Position numbers and translations under genes: made by a program
The notes under the pieces: generated by a model
What the model was told of the DNA's origin: nothing
Databases searched by the model: none
Seen by the model: only the letters and a program-made list of their open reading frames with translations
IMG/VR virus record: IMGVR_UViG_3300020045_008916
Span: 10,166-74,165 of that record
Strand: one strand, 5' to 3'
Length of the DNA: 64,000 nt
From: a virus
Lineage: Duplodnaviria; Caudoviricetes
In this document: one piece after another, positions 1 through 10,415 of the stretch
Layout: every line of letters begins with the position of its first letter
Position numbering within the stretch: position 1 is the first letter of the stretch

Positions 1-2
1 TA

Positions 3-620
3 CTAGTTGATAATGGTGTAAAAGCCAATCTATCTGCTACGTACAAATATCCAGTACCGACAGCTGACCAATCGGCACCCACAAGTGTTTCGGGTTCTTT
101 TGGAACAACTCTACCAGCAGCTGATGTTAACTCACCTACTTTGGTGATACAGACGATTACAAGCCCTACAACGGTAAGCACTACCTTGGCCAAGCCTAAG
201 ACAGGTCTTCCAGTAGTTGATGGCTTCGTGACACTACCTACAGGCTCAGAAACGAAAAGTGATAGTGTAAGCATTTCCTTTGCAAGCAGAATGTACCTAA
301 TCAACTCTACGAACGGAAACTTATCTGGTACAGATATCTCTAACATTATAGGAGGTTTGGCTTCTGAATACAGCAAGTTACAAAATGGTGTGAATGCTAC
401 GTTCAACAACGTTACGAGCGGAGGAAGCGGATATACCTACCTTATTTCGGAGGGTACAATCACTCAGGTATTTCAGAACGATGTTCTCCCAGTAATAGGG
501 GCTTTTACCTATCTTGGTAATGTGGATATTACAAATCCTGCGGGAGCTACCGTTACGGTAAGAAGAATTAGAACCAACGATACAGGTTCATTTAACAGTG
601 TAAAATTAACAACCCAATAA
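3..620 (+). CDS. 5'-truncated virion/tail-associated protein
   Basis: The frame of the 141..620 ORF is open back to position 3; Thr/Ser/Gly/Val-rich; abuts the tail fibre gene. Confidence 0.6.
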   Translation, partial: LVDNGVKANLSATYKYPVPTADQSAPTSVSGSFGTTLPAADVNSPTLVIQTITSPTTVSTTLAKPKTGLPVVDGFVTLPTGSETKSDSVSISFASRMYLINSTNGNLSGTDISNIIGGLASEYSKLQNGVNATFNNVTSGGSGYTYLISEGTITQVFQNDVLPVIGAFTYLGNVDITNPAGATVTVRRIRTNDTGSFNSVKLTTQ

Positions 621-621
621 T

Positions 622-3600
622 ATGCCATTAGAATATCCAGATATTTTGACAAGAGCTAACGACTCTCTGCCAATAGTAGACAGCGAAGATGTCAAGGGAG
701 CTGACAGGGCTGTAGCTACTCTTGCTGAGATGTATGCACTTTCTTCCCAAATAGGCAAGCTCACACTTAACGTAACAAAAGTTTACGTAACAACTACGGG
801 AGATACCTACTTGCTCAGAGACTTGGCGCAAATCACCAGTTCGGCAGGTTGGGAGCTAATACCTTTCCTAGATGAAGCTCAAGTACAGACTATTGCAGAT
901 GCTGCGTTTCAGGCTGGACTGCCTGAAATAGCTGATATGATTGCAGCAGCTTTGGCACTCGGTGCCGTACCTAGAAAAGTGCCTTCAACAACTTTGGGAG
1001 CACCATCGGAACCTAAACTATATTTTGCCACGCCAGATACTTATAGCCTATACGCAGGGGAAGATATAGAAACAGTAACTGTGGAAGCCCCTTTGACCAT
1101 CTTTTTATGGGATGGCACTACATGGGACTATATAGAAATTCCAATCGAGGTAGACCTTTCTGGGGTGCGCTTAAAATCAGAATTGATTAAGACCAGCGAT
1201 ACTGACTTTTTTGTAAGGGGAAAAAATCTTTTTAATAAAGATAGTCAAGATAATCTTATGGGTTATTTTCTTTTAGATGATGGTACTCAGGTTGCAAACG
1301 GTTCTTTTTTTATAAGCCACGAAATAGATGTAAATCAGAACACACAATACTCATTTTTGAACTTTGATACAGGTGGCGCATACAACGTATACTTGAACGA
1401 AGCTCACGAGGTAATAGGTGGTTTTCAAACAAACCCAACAACCACACCTACAGGTACGAAGTATGTAAAAATGAGCGGTGTTATTTCCAAGCTTGCTACT
1501 CAACAGTTTGAATTAGGAGCCACAAATACAGCTTATGAAGATTATAAGGAGTCTTTAAATCCTTCTAACTTGACAGTTCCTGTAACCAACACTATTGCAA
1601 GAGCAAACACAACTACCGCTGTAACTGGTAATGCTGTTTTACAAGCACTAGCCTACAAGCTGGACAAAACTGTAGGAAAGAACAAGTTCAACCCCAACGA
1701 CCCTGAAATTATAGTTGAAAAGTTTATCCAAGATACAGGAGAGTACATTACCAACTCAGCTTTTAACATAACAGCCCCAATACCTATTGGTACAGGACAA
1801 ACACTGCGGGCAAACTACAGTTCGGGAGGGTTTAGACATGCTCTTTATAATGAAAAAAATCAGATAATATACATATCAGCCAGTGGGGTAAGCTCTTTAA
1901 CACACCAGACGGGGGCTGTATATGCTAGGTTTACCTACAGCGTATCCGAGCCTAACGTACAGATAGAGTTGGGAAGCACAATAACTGGTTATACACCTTA
2001 CGAAGTCTCGATACCTAATCTTAAACTCATAGTACGTAATATTGTAGAGGCTCTTAACAATACGATACCTGTTACAGGCTTTGCCGTTGATAGGTCACTT
2101 GGTGACAAGCTGGACAAAACTGTAGGAAAGAACAAGTTCAACCCCAACGACTCGGGTATAATTGCAAATGCCTATATACAAGACGGGGTGTTATATACAA
2201 ATGCCAATCCTGACTTTCACTTATCAGTTACAGGGTATATCCCTATTTCTTCAGGACAGACTTTAAAGGGGAATTTTTCTCTGGGTGGAGATGTTGACGC
2301 TGCTCTATTTGATGTCAATGGCAACATTATGCCTAGTACTTCTGTAAACAGTAATAGCATTACACACCAGACGGGGGCTGTATATGCTAGGTTTACCTAC
2401 CAGAACACGTTTGTAAATATGCAAATTGAAATAGGTAGTGTGTCTACAGTATACGAGAAGTATACAAGCAGTACTGTAATAGATAAAAAGTTAGATGTGG
2501 TTGTAGGGAAGAACAAGTATAATGTTAACGACCCAGATGTCATCGAAAATGCCTATATAAATGATATTGGCCAGATTGTTACAGGGTTGCCACCAGATTA
2601 CAATATCGATGTTTCTGGTTTTATACCTATCGCAAACGGTCAGACCCTTAAAGCTAATTATGCAAAAGGAAACACATATCAGGCACTTTATGATAATAAT
2701 AAAAACTACATATCTGGGAGTGCTACAGATGAAGTCTCTATAACAGGTACAAGTGCCTCTGCATACGCCCGTTTTTCGACCACGGGTACTAATCCTGTAC
2801 AGATTGAGACAGGAACCATATCTACAGTGTATGCACCTTACACTACATTAGGATTTTTAGAGAGCCTTACACCCTTTGTCCCCGACTATCCGATAGAGAG
2901 TGTGCTGCCAAACAAATTGTATTTTGCCAAAAATAAACCTTTGAGCTTTTACCACGAGAATATAATCTTTAAAGGCATAGATGACCCTACAAAGCCACAC
3001 TTTAGTCTAGGTACCAACTACACCAGACAGACTGTTTTCGGATTTACAGAAGCACAGGGAGAAACAACCTTAAACCTAGAGCTTGCCAGAAACCTTAAAA
3101 AAGTAGAACAAAAAAGTTATAAATTTGAAGTTGTAGATGGTGCCAATAATAGTGGCAAAACAGTGGTATGGCTTGCAGTTGGTGATAGTTTTACAGATAT
3201 TAGAGATTACATTTCAGAACTAAAAAACCAATTGACAGCTGATGGAGCCAATGTTACTTTGATAGGTACAACTGGAACTCAAGCCATTAGAGCAGAAGGG
3301 CTGAGTGGTGGGACTCTGGCTAACACTTTCTTGAATGCGAGTTCTGGTAGTGCTAGACTAGTGACCACCACCGATTTAACACTTAGGCCAGATACGGGAT
3401 TTCCTGGCGCAGAATACAAAGATACTAATAATAATGTATTTTTGGTAAGAGGTACTGGAAATGTAGTGGGAGGAGTTTCTAAGGTTATCGTAACCAGATT
3501 TGGAGCGGTAGATAGTGATTTTGCAACTTTTCCCCCATCAGGAACACTTACAAAAGTGCAGCCAGAAAGAGAGGGACAGGATGTGATTACCTACTCGGGA

Positions 3601-4152
3601 GCAATAGCTGGATACTTTAATCCATTCATTAATCCTAGTACTGGCAATTTGGACATTACAAACTATATCAGTTACTACGGTTTCGCTGCGCCCACACTAG
3701 TTAGTTTCCAATTCACTTGGAACGACTTACCTGACTGGGCAAATGTGGCACAGATTACGGAATTAGTCGCTAATTTTAAATTGGCAGTAGACCACGTTCA
3801 TAGTGCATTCCCTTTGGCTAAGATTATTTTGTCGGTGGAACCATTTGGAGCTTATGGAGGTAATAGTACAAATATCAATCAGAATGGTAAAAAATACTCT
3901 GTCCTTATGTTTGTAAAAGCTCTTCTTGCAATGTTTGAGCAAAATACCACCTATGATGCCTTTGTAAAAATTGCACCTTCATATGCAGGAGTGGATTTGG
4001 TAAATGCTTACTCTACAACGAGTGTGGCACCGAACGCTAACAGATTTCCAACCATAACCGAACGGTCTGGGGGAGATGGTGTTCACCCTTATGGTATTGG
4101 AATGCTACAGATAGCAGATGTAATGTACCCTATTGCAACAAAGTTAATATAA
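622..4152 (+). CDS. Tail fibre/spike with about 4 repeated GKNxFN modules and a C-terminal SGNH/GDSL esterase domain
   Basis: Module starts GKNLFN, GKNKFN (x2), GKNKYN; SGNH-type blocks VGDSFT, EGLSGG, WND and DGVHP; 1176 aa, directly upstream of the endolysin. Confidence 0.8.
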   Translation: MPLEYPDILTRANDSLPIVDSEDVKGADRAVATLAEMYALSSQIGKLTLNVTKVYVTTTGDTYLLRDLAQITSSAGWELIPFLDEAQVQTIADAAFQAGLPEIADMIAAALALGAVPRKVPSTTLGAPSEPKLYFATPDTYSLYAGEDIETVTVEAPLTIFLWDGTTWDYIEIPIEVDLSGVRLKSELIKTSDTDFFVRGKNLFNKDSQDNLMGYFLLDDGTQVANGSFFISHEIDVNQNTQYSFLNFDTGGAYNVYLNEAHEVIGGFQTNPTTTPTGTKYVKMSGVISKLATQQFELGATNTAYEDYKESLNPSNLTVPVTNTIARANTTTAVTGNAVLQALAYKLDKTVGKNKFNPNDPEIIVEKFIQDTGEYITNSAFNITAPIPIGTGQTLRANYSSGGFRHALYNEKNQIIYISASGVSSLTHQTGAVYARFTYSVSEPNVQIELGSTITGYTPYEVSIPNLKLIVRNIVEALNNTIPVTGFAVDRSLGDKLDKTVGKNKFNPNDSGIIANAYIQDGVLYTNANPDFHLSVTGYIPISSGQTLKGNFSLGGDVDAALFDVNGNIMPSTSVNSNSITHQTGAVYARFTYQNTFVNMQIEIGSVSTVYEKYTSSTVIDKKLDVVVGKNKYNVNDPDVIENAYINDIGQIVTGLPPDYNIDVSGFIPIANGQTLKANYAKGNTYQALYDNNKNYISGSATDEVSITGTSASAYARFSTTGTNPVQIETGTISTVYAPYTTLGFLESLTPFVPDYPIESVLPNKLYFAKNKPLSFYHENIIFKGIDDPTKPHFSLGTNYTRQTVFGFTEAQGETTLNLELARNLKKVEQKSYKFEVVDGANNSGKTVVWLAVGDSFTDIRDYISELKNQLTADGANVTLIGTTGTQAIRAEGLSGGTLANTFLNASSGSARLVTTTDLTLRPDTGFPGAEYKDTNNNVFLVRGTGNVVGGVSKVIVTRFGAVDSDFATFPPSGTLTKVQPEREGQDVITYSGAIAGYFNPFINPSTGNLDITNYISYYGFAAPTLVSFQFTWNDLPDWANVAQITELVANFKLAVDHVHSAFPLAKIILSVEPFGAYGGNSTNINQNGKKYSVLMFVKALLAMFEQNTTYDAFVKIAPSYAGVDLVNAYSTTSVAPNANRFPTITERSGGDGVHPYGIGMLQIADVMYPIATKLI
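1655..2151 (+). repeat. Exact 47-bp direct repeat (1655-1701 and 2105-2151) in the tail fibre
   Basis: ACAAGCTGGACAAAACTGTAGGAAAGAACAAGTTCAACCCCAACGAC occurs twice, 450 bp apart. Confidence 0.95.
1900..2400 (+). repeat. Exact 39-bp direct repeat (1900-1938 and 2362-2400) in the tail fibre
   Basis: ACACACCAGACGGGGGCTGTATATGCTAGGTTTACCTAC occurs twice, 462 bp apart. Confidence 0.95.
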
Positions 4153-4162
4153 AAAAACAATT

Positions 4163-4828
4163 ATGGCATTAGATATTAGTAAAATCATACAATATCCTGC
4201 ACCAGAAAGCGAATATCACAGGGTTGAATACCCCAAATCACAAGTAGTCATACATCATACCGCTTCGGGAGGAAACTCTCGGGGCGATATTGATTACCTA
4301 AACAAACTTGCTGGTAAGGTTCACGTAGCTTTCTGGATTGACAGGGATGGCCAGATATGGCAAGCATTCAGCAGCAAATATTACGCTCCGCACTTGGGCA
4401 CGCCAGCTTCTACATTTAAAAAGTTTGGAGTGAACAATACAATTGAAGATATCCATAAACACTCGATAGGCATTGAGCTTGATAGTTGGGGATGGCTAAC
4501 GCTTAAAGATGGCAAATACTACTCCTATACAGGAGAGACTGTAAAACCAGAGAACGTTGTCACCTTCCCTAAAGGTTTCAGAGGCTACAAATACTATGAA
4601 AGGTATACAGATGCCCAGATAGCAGCCCTAAAAAATTTGCTAATCTATCTTTGCAACACCTACAAAATCTCCAAAAAATACAACAGTGATATGTGGGATG
4701 TTTCAGCCAATGCCTTGAGAGGTCAGAATGGTATTTACGCCCACGTAAGTTACCGTGAAAGTGGAAAATGGGATGCGGCACCCGAAGAGCACCTTATACA
4801 GATGCTGGAAAATTTAGAAAAATCTTAA
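4163..4828 (+). CDS. N-acetylmuramoyl-L-alanine amidase (Amidase_2) endolysin
   Basis: VIHHTA, VHVAF, SIGIEL, YTDAQIAAL and IYAHVS zinc-amidase motifs. Confidence 0.85.
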   Translation: MALDISKIIQYPAPESEYHRVEYPKSQVVIHHTASGGNSRGDIDYLNKLAGKVHVAFWIDRDGQIWQAFSSKYYAPHLGTPASTFKKFGVNNTIEDIHKHSIGIELDSWGWLTLKDGKYYSYTGETVKPENVVTFPKGFRGYKYYERYTDAQIAALKNLLIYLCNTYKISKKYNSDMWDVSANALRGQNGIYAHVSYRESGKWDAAPEEHLIQMLENLEKS

Positions 4829-4829
4829 T

Positions 4830-6425
4830 ATGGGAAGAAAAACAGATAAAAAACACTATGAACAGGAGAATGTTGATTTTGTGGTGAAATTGGTTGATGA
4901 AGGAGTCTCAGCTAGAAAAGCCACAAGAGAAATGTGCAAGCATTTTGGACTTGAATGTGATGAGGTGGTAGAAAGAGCTTTCAGACAGCGTATTGCTAAT
5001 CTTAATAAGTCAAAAGCCCCTAACACGCTGGAAAATTCAGACGAGTTCAAAAAAGCTAGAGAAAAACAGTTCGATACTACTAAAAAACGCTTCATTATAT
5101 CGTGGGCACAGGCCGATACGAAAATCCATGAACAGTTTCTGGAAAATATTGAGGCATACGCTGAAGATATTGATGCAGAAATTTTGATTATTGCGGGAAG
5201 GTATAAATCTCCTACAAGTTTGGAGGCAAGCAAGGCTCAGGAGAAAAAGGATAAGAACAAGAACTTTTGGGATGTAAACGTTACGAAATACTTGACAGCT
5301 ACTCGTCAGAATTTGCATGAGTATTTGTCAGTACTAGCAGAGTTGAAGATACAGCCAACTGCATCTACACCTTTGAGCGGGTTGAATGGCATGTCAGGAT
5401 TGGAAAGCTGTATTATTGGTTCGCCCTCAGTTCACCTAAAATCTCTTCCAGTTCTTCCAAACTATCCGAAAAAGCTTTTACTAACAACAGGAGCTGTAAC
5501 ATTACCAAACTATACAGATACTAAGGCGGGTAAAAAAGGGGAGTTTCATCATCAGCTTGGGTTTGTGATAGTTGAACTTGATGAGGATATATTCCACATG
5601 AGACAAGTACAGTGTGATGATAATGGAACTTTCTATGATTTGATTTATAAAGTAAAAAACGGAGTGGTTTCAGTATATCACAAACAATGCCCTGCAATAG
5701 TATTTGGAGATTTGCACTTAGGAGAAGAAGACTCTGAAGTAGTAGAAGCTGCCTTTTCTCTTGTAGATAGGATTGGTGCTGAGAAGATTATTTTGCACGA
5801 TGTATTTTCAGGCTATTCAGTATCACATCATGAATTGAACAACCCTTTCATTTTAGCACAAAGAGAGTTAGATAATTCTTGGAAATTGGCAGAAGAGTTG
5901 GATTATATGGTACAGTGGTTTTTAGACAGACCTCAGTACAATTTTGTATCTGTAGCCAGCAACCACAATACGTTTATCGATAGATGGTTAATGTCAAACG
6001 ATTGGCGTAAAAGCCCTAACAAGAATAAGTACTTGGAATTAGCCTACACAGTTTCTCAAGGGAAGGCTCCTAAAGGCATTATTCCCTACTTGTTGGACAA
6101 TAACACCTCTAACGTAATATCGTTGAGCTACGACGACTCCTTTAGGGTGAAAAGCTGGGAATTGGGTATTCATGGATGCCACGGTACAAATGGGAGCAGG
6201 GGAAGTATTTCTCAGTACAAGAATTTGAATACAAAAACAATTGTTGCACACTCGCACACACCAGCTAGAGAGTTAGGTTCCGTACAGGTAGGTACTTTTA
6301 CAAAATTGAAACTTAACTACGTTTCAGGACTTTCATCTTGGTTAGCTTCAATGGCTATTGTTTATCCAAATGAAAAGGTTTCTCAAATTCACATTTTAAA
6401 CGGAAAATTTACAACACTATTTTAA
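4830..6425 (+). CDS. Calcineurin-like metallophosphoesterase with N-terminal extension
   Basis: GDLH, LHDVFSG, SNHN, IHGCHG and AHSH metal-binding motifs. Confidence 0.75.
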   Translation: MGRKTDKKHYEQENVDFVVKLVDEGVSARKATREMCKHFGLECDEVVERAFRQRIANLNKSKAPNTLENSDEFKKAREKQFDTTKKRFIISWAQADTKIHEQFLENIEAYAEDIDAEILIIAGRYKSPTSLEASKAQEKKDKNKNFWDVNVTKYLTATRQNLHEYLSVLAELKIQPTASTPLSGLNGMSGLESCIIGSPSVHLKSLPVLPNYPKKLLLTTGAVTLPNYTDTKAGKKGEFHHQLGFVIVELDEDIFHMRQVQCDDNGTFYDLIYKVKNGVVSVYHKQCPAIVFGDLHLGEEDSEVVEAAFSLVDRIGAEKIILHDVFSGYSVSHHELNNPFILAQRELDNSWKLAEELDYMVQWFLDRPQYNFVSVASNHNTFIDRWLMSNDWRKSPNKNKYLELAYTVSQGKAPKGIIPYLLDNNTSNVISLSYDDSFRVKSWELGIHGCHGTNGSRGSISQYKNLNTKTIVAHSHTPARELGSVQVGTFTKLKLNYVSGLSSWLASMAIVYPNEKVSQIHILNGKFTTLF

Positions 6426-6426
6426 T

Positions 6427-6831
6427 ATGATTACACAATATGAAGAACAAATAAAAACAACTCCTTTAGATACCACTAGCAACCCCTTACCAGAAGGAGC
6501 CAGAGAATTTAGTACAGGCTCTAGGCGTGATGCAGCAGACGATAAGCCTCTTGTTAATCATTTAGATGCTTATTTAAGATTACGATTTGGCTATGTGTTG
6601 CTGGAAGGTGGTAAAAAGTACGGTAAGGGGAATTGGCGGTTAGGCCAACCTACAGAAACAGCTTTGGAAAGTCTTCACAGACACTTAGCCAAATGGGAGT
6701 TAAATTATCAAAATGGTGTAGAACAAGACGAAGACCATTTAATAAATATGGTATTCAACATCATGATGATATTAAAAAATGAGGAGCGGGAAGGTATTCC
6801 TGTTGACCATTATGCAGGTAAATTAAAATAA
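6427..6831 (+). CDS. dATP/dGTP diphosphohydrolase domain protein (DUF5664-like)
   Basis: FSTGSRRD, GGKKYGKGNWRLG, SLHRHL and EDHL..MVFN pattern typical of the family. Confidence 0.75.
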   Translation: MITQYEEQIKTTPLDTTSNPLPEGAREFSTGSRRDAADDKPLVNHLDAYLRLRFGYVLLEGGKKYGKGNWRLGQPTETALESLHRHLAKWELNYQNGVEQDEDHLINMVFNIMMILKNEEREGIPVDHYAGKLK

Positions 6832-6833
6832 CC

Positions 6834-7181
6834 ATGAAAGACAAGGTTAAAGAAATTTTGAAAACTCTTGGAGTGGCAGAAGAAAACCTTGACAAGGGAG
6901 TTACCATGATAGTAAAAGCCGTAGAGTCGTTTGCTGAAAGTGTAGAAGATAGAAAATTAAACTTTAAAAAGGAACTGGCCAGCAACAAAGCAGATTATTC
7001 TGTAGAGATGCTGAAAAAATTTTGGGATTATTGGACTGAGATTTCTCCTAACGGCAAACGGCTCCGATTTGAGAAAGAAAAAGCTTTTGACATGAAGAAG
7101 CGACTAAAAACATGGCAAGCAAGAAGCAAGGCCTACACTATAGTAGGAATGTTAAACGCTAAGAAGGAGTATGGAAAATAG
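6834..7181 (+). CDS. Replication initiator/helicase-loader-like protein
   Basis: FWDYWTE...LRFEKEKAFDMKKRLKTW resembles the C-terminal domain of Bacteroidota phage initiators; directly upstream of the helicase. Confidence 0.5.
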   Translation: MKDKVKEILKTLGVAEENLDKGVTMIVKAVESFAESVEDRKLNFKKELASNKADYSVEMLKKFWDYWTEISPNGKRLRFEKEKAFDMKKRLKTWQARSKAYTIVGMLNAKKEYGK

Positions 7182-7184
7182 ACT

Positions 7185-8306
7185 ATGGTTAAAAATTATC
7201 ACAGAGCCTTTGAAGACCCAGAGGCTCTTTTAAACAGCAGGAATACGGCATTTAAAAAAGGAACGCCTACAGGATTTCATCTGTTAGACCAGATAGCTTC
7301 CTTTGTACCTTGCCACACTACGGTTATCTATGCACCACCACATGTGGGTAAGTCGGTAATCACACTTGATATTCTTGTAGGTATAGCTGAACGGGAGGGT
7401 AAGAAAATAGCAATCTACTCTCCCGAATTTAGAAGGAAAGAAGAGCTTTTCCAATCTTTAATACAGACTAGGCTGTCAACCGCAATGTATGGTGAGAAAG
7501 CTGATACGATTACTGACGAGGAGTTTCTAGAAGCCGCTAAATTTGTAGATGAGCACTTTGTTGTATTGTCAAAACCTAAACGGTTGAAAGATGACACTCA
7601 GGAAAAGATGACTCTCAGGAAAATCTATGGTCTTGTTAAGGAAGCTCAGGACGATTATGGCTGGAAATTTGATTTCTTGCTGATTGACCCTGCAAACTTT
7701 ATTGACAAATCACAAAAAGAGTCCACCATGCAATTACAGGACTATGTATTAGACCTTAACGATATGATGGCAGAATTTTCTGAGGCTTTGAACCTACATA
7801 CGATTGTAACAGCCCACACAAGGGATATGGAACTTATTAGAGATACCGATACTGGTATTACTTACTATCCGTATCCTCACCCTAGCCAGATTATGAATGG
7901 TCAGTCGTGGTTTAGAGCTTCTTATCAGATTATAGCGTATTGGAGAGCTCCTGCGGGTGTTATCGACAAAGAAACAGCAATGCCCTATCCAGAGAATGCT
8001 ACTGAAATTCTTGTACAAAAAAGCAAGCCGTTTGGATGTGGAAAGCTGGGCAAGATTAGAATATTCTTTGACCCTTTAAGGCACAGGATGTATGAAGAGA
8101 TTGATGGTCAGAAATATTACGTCAACGACTACTACAAGAAACATCCAGCCAAGGTTGAAGTAAAAGCTAACAGTCAAAAACAGACCACTAACAAAAAGTT
8201 AGTGCCTCAGAATGATAGTGGAAGCGCATTAAGGCCTAGCACTGCATTCGATACGCCAGCTAAACAAGAAGTAAATATTGAAGAAGAAATGTCAAATTGG
8301 ATATAA
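7185..8306 (+). CDS. dnaB: DnaB-like replicative helicase
   Basis: Walker A APPHVGKS, YSPE, Walker B LLIDP, VTAH, QKSKP...GKLG. Confidence 0.8.
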   Translation: MVKNYHRAFEDPEALLNSRNTAFKKGTPTGFHLLDQIASFVPCHTTVIYAPPHVGKSVITLDILVGIAEREGKKIAIYSPEFRRKEELFQSLIQTRLSTAMYGEKADTITDEEFLEAAKFVDEHFVVLSKPKRLKDDTQEKMTLRKIYGLVKEAQDDYGWKFDFLLIDPANFIDKSQKESTMQLQDYVLDLNDMMAEFSEALNLHTIVTAHTRDMELIRDTDTGITYYPYPHPSQIMNGQSWFRASYQIIAYWRAPAGVIDKETAMPYPENATEILVQKSKPFGCGKLGKIRIFFDPLRHRMYEEIDGQKYYVNDYYKKHPAKVEVKANSQKQTTNKKLVPQNDSGSALRPSTAFDTPAKQEVNIEEEMSNWI

Positions 8307-9398
8307 ATGGGAAAGATTAAACGAATAAAATGGAAAGATGGTGATTTCAGTGAATGGGAAAATCAGAGAAAGGAGATGGAAGGTGTTGGCCTTGACTATG
8401 ATTATGTTAGGATAGGTGCCTCTGATATTTCGGTAGTAACTGGAACAAATCGCTGGAAAGAAAAGCGTAGATTGTTTATGCACCTTACTGGTGAGTATTC
8501 CAACTTTCAACTCTCTGAAACAACTGTCTCAGGCCATCTTCTTGAAGAAGTGATAGTTAAGAGGTGGGAAAGTTATGATAAAGATGACCAGCAAGCGGGA
8601 TTAACAAACACGCTAAGAGGTATAAAAGTCAGGAACCTAGAGAAAGCAAGATTTTTCCTGCTCAACTCAGACTACCCAGACTTCTTTATCTCGCTAGACT
8701 ACATACCAGATGGAGAACAGTACTCACCGTTTACGGGAGAGCTTTATCACGAGCTTACACCACACGAATTAAAGCACACAAACTACAACTACTTCTGCCA
8801 ATGGGAGAACGGTATCACTAAGGCCTATTATGACCAGATACAGACCCAAATGCTTTTGACCAATACAGATTTAGCTGTGTTCCACGTACTTGTTGATGGG
8901 GTTAAATACCACGTTAAGGAGTTTGCAAGAGACCAGAAAAGGATAGATGAGATTGTAGCTGAAGTGAAAGCGTTTTGCAAGCTTGTGAGGGACGGTAAGG
9001 ATGCCTATCGTGGAATGCTGACAGCACCTACAGAGGAAATGAGAGAAGCTTTCAAGAATATCTATGAGAATATGCTTCCACCTTTTGAAGGGATGAAAGA
9101 TGGGGTAGCTCTTGCAGATGAACTGTGGCTACCATCAGAGGCAATTGATAAAGATGTAAACTTTAAAATCGCCAGCAAGAAAGAAGACCAGATGATGCAC
9201 GACTACTATAGTATGCTGCGGTTAGAGGAGCAAGTGTGTACTAACAAACAAATGTTACAGGCCACCTTGAAAACAGCGTCAAGCAAATGGGAGGGTATTA
9301 AATCAGACCGATACAAATTAATAAGTAGAGGCATCAACTCAGTGAAAGGTAAATATTTTTCAATTAAACCGATTAAAGAAAAAGCACCAAAGAAATAA
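8307..9398 (+). CDS. YqaJ-like (lambda exonuclease family) recombination nuclease
   Basis: IGASD, GHLLE, SLDY, HELK and YYDQIQTQM motifs. Confidence 0.75.
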   Translation: MGKIKRIKWKDGDFSEWENQRKEMEGVGLDYDYVRIGASDISVVTGTNRWKEKRRLFMHLTGEYSNFQLSETTVSGHLLEEVIVKRWESYDKDDQQAGLTNTLRGIKVRNLEKARFFLLNSDYPDFFISLDYIPDGEQYSPFTGELYHELTPHELKHTNYNYFCQWENGITKAYYDQIQTQMLLTNTDLAVFHVLVDGVKYHVKEFARDQKRIDEIVAEVKAFCKLVRDGKDAYRGMLTAPTEEMREAFKNIYENMLPPFEGMKDGVALADELWLPSEAIDKDVNFKIASKKEDQMMHDYYSMLRLEEQVCTNKQMLQATLKTASSKWEGIKSDRYKLISRGINSVKGKYFSIKPIKEKAPKK

Positions 9399-9399
9399 T

Positions 9400-9660
9400 A
9401 TGAAAAAACAAACAGCACCAAAAGCACCAGCAAAGCCAAAATTAGTACCAGTAAAGAGAATTAAAGAAGTATCGGACAGTTTGGCAATGTCTGGTCTAGC
9501 CAAAACAAAACTAGCTAGTGACCTATCAAAAAGAAAAACCCCAGCATCAGAAAAATTAGCTAAAGAGTTCAAGTCAGGAGCTAAGAGTGATTTAGATAGA
9601 GCAGTAAGATACGATAATATTCAAAAACAGGCTGTTAACAAAGCAAAGAAAAAGAAATAG
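9400..9660 (+). CDS. Lys-rich hypothetical protein
   Basis: In-operon ORF with tight spacing on both sides. Confidence 0.5.
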   Translation: MKKQTAPKAPAKPKLVPVKRIKEVSDSLAMSGLAKTKLASDLSKRKTPASEKLAKEFKSGAKSDLDRAVRYDNIQKQAVNKAKKKK

Positions 9661-9661
9661 T

Positions 9662-10390
9662 ATGGAAGAATTAACATTAGATGAACGCTTAGTAGCTGTT
9701 CAAAACGCATTAAAAGTAACAAAAGACAAGTATAACGTTTTCGGAAAATACAGTTTCCGCAACCAAGAGGCTATTCTTGAAGCGGTAAAGCCTTTACTAT
9801 TAGAACATAGCTTGAGATTGTCCCTGTCAGATAGAATTGAACTGATTGGCGATAGGTATTACATCGTAGCCTCTGCCACATTGAAATACAAAGAGGAAGA
9901 GTTGATTGTAGAGGCGAGAGCTCGTGAAGACTTGACGCAGGCAGGTATGGCCGCTAGTCAGGTAACTGGAAGTACATCATCATACGCACGTAAATACTGT
10001 TTAGGCGGTCTCTTCTTACTGGATGATAATAAAGACCCAGATGAGGATGATAAAGTGAACAAACCAAAGACATTAGCACCTACACAGCCTAAAGCTCCTG
10101 TAAGAACTCCTGCTCAGCCAGTAGCTAAAACACCTGTTAAGGTAGAAGCAGCCAAGACAGAAGCGGCAAAAGAGGAAGTAAAAGCAGAGACTCCGAAAGA
10201 TGATAGTGCAGACAGAGCTAAAGCATTGACAGCCTTTCAAGCATTAGATGAAGCTAAGGTTTTAGCACATTTGATTGGCACTGAGAAAATCCTTAAATAC
10301 GTGAAGCTTGAGGACTATGTGAACAAAGAGCCGTTAGATGACATAAGGGCTGTATATGCTAAAGTATTAAAAACCTGTAAGAAAAATTAA
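9662..10390 (+). CDS. erf: ERF-family ssDNA annealing protein
   Basis: FGKYSFRNQEAILEAVKPLL...QVTGSTSSYARKYCLGGLFLLDDNKDPD. Confidence 0.85.
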   Translation: MEELTLDERLVAVQNALKVTKDKYNVFGKYSFRNQEAILEAVKPLLLEHSLRLSLSDRIELIGDRYYIVASATLKYKEEELIVEARAREDLTQAGMAASQVTGSTSSYARKYCLGGLFLLDDNKDPDEDDKVNKPKTLAPTQPKAPVRTPAQPVAKTPVKVEAAKTEAAKEEVKAETPKDDSADRAKALTAFQALDEAKVLAHLIGTEKILKYVKLEDYVNKEPLDDIRAVYAKVLKTCKKN

Positions 10391-10415
10391 CTAGTAACGA
10401 TAAAAAAAGAATAGG

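Noticed and set aside
622-4152. DGR-type template/variable repeats in the tail fibre
   Set aside because: The repeats are exact rather than adenine-mismatched, and no reverse transcriptase is in the window.
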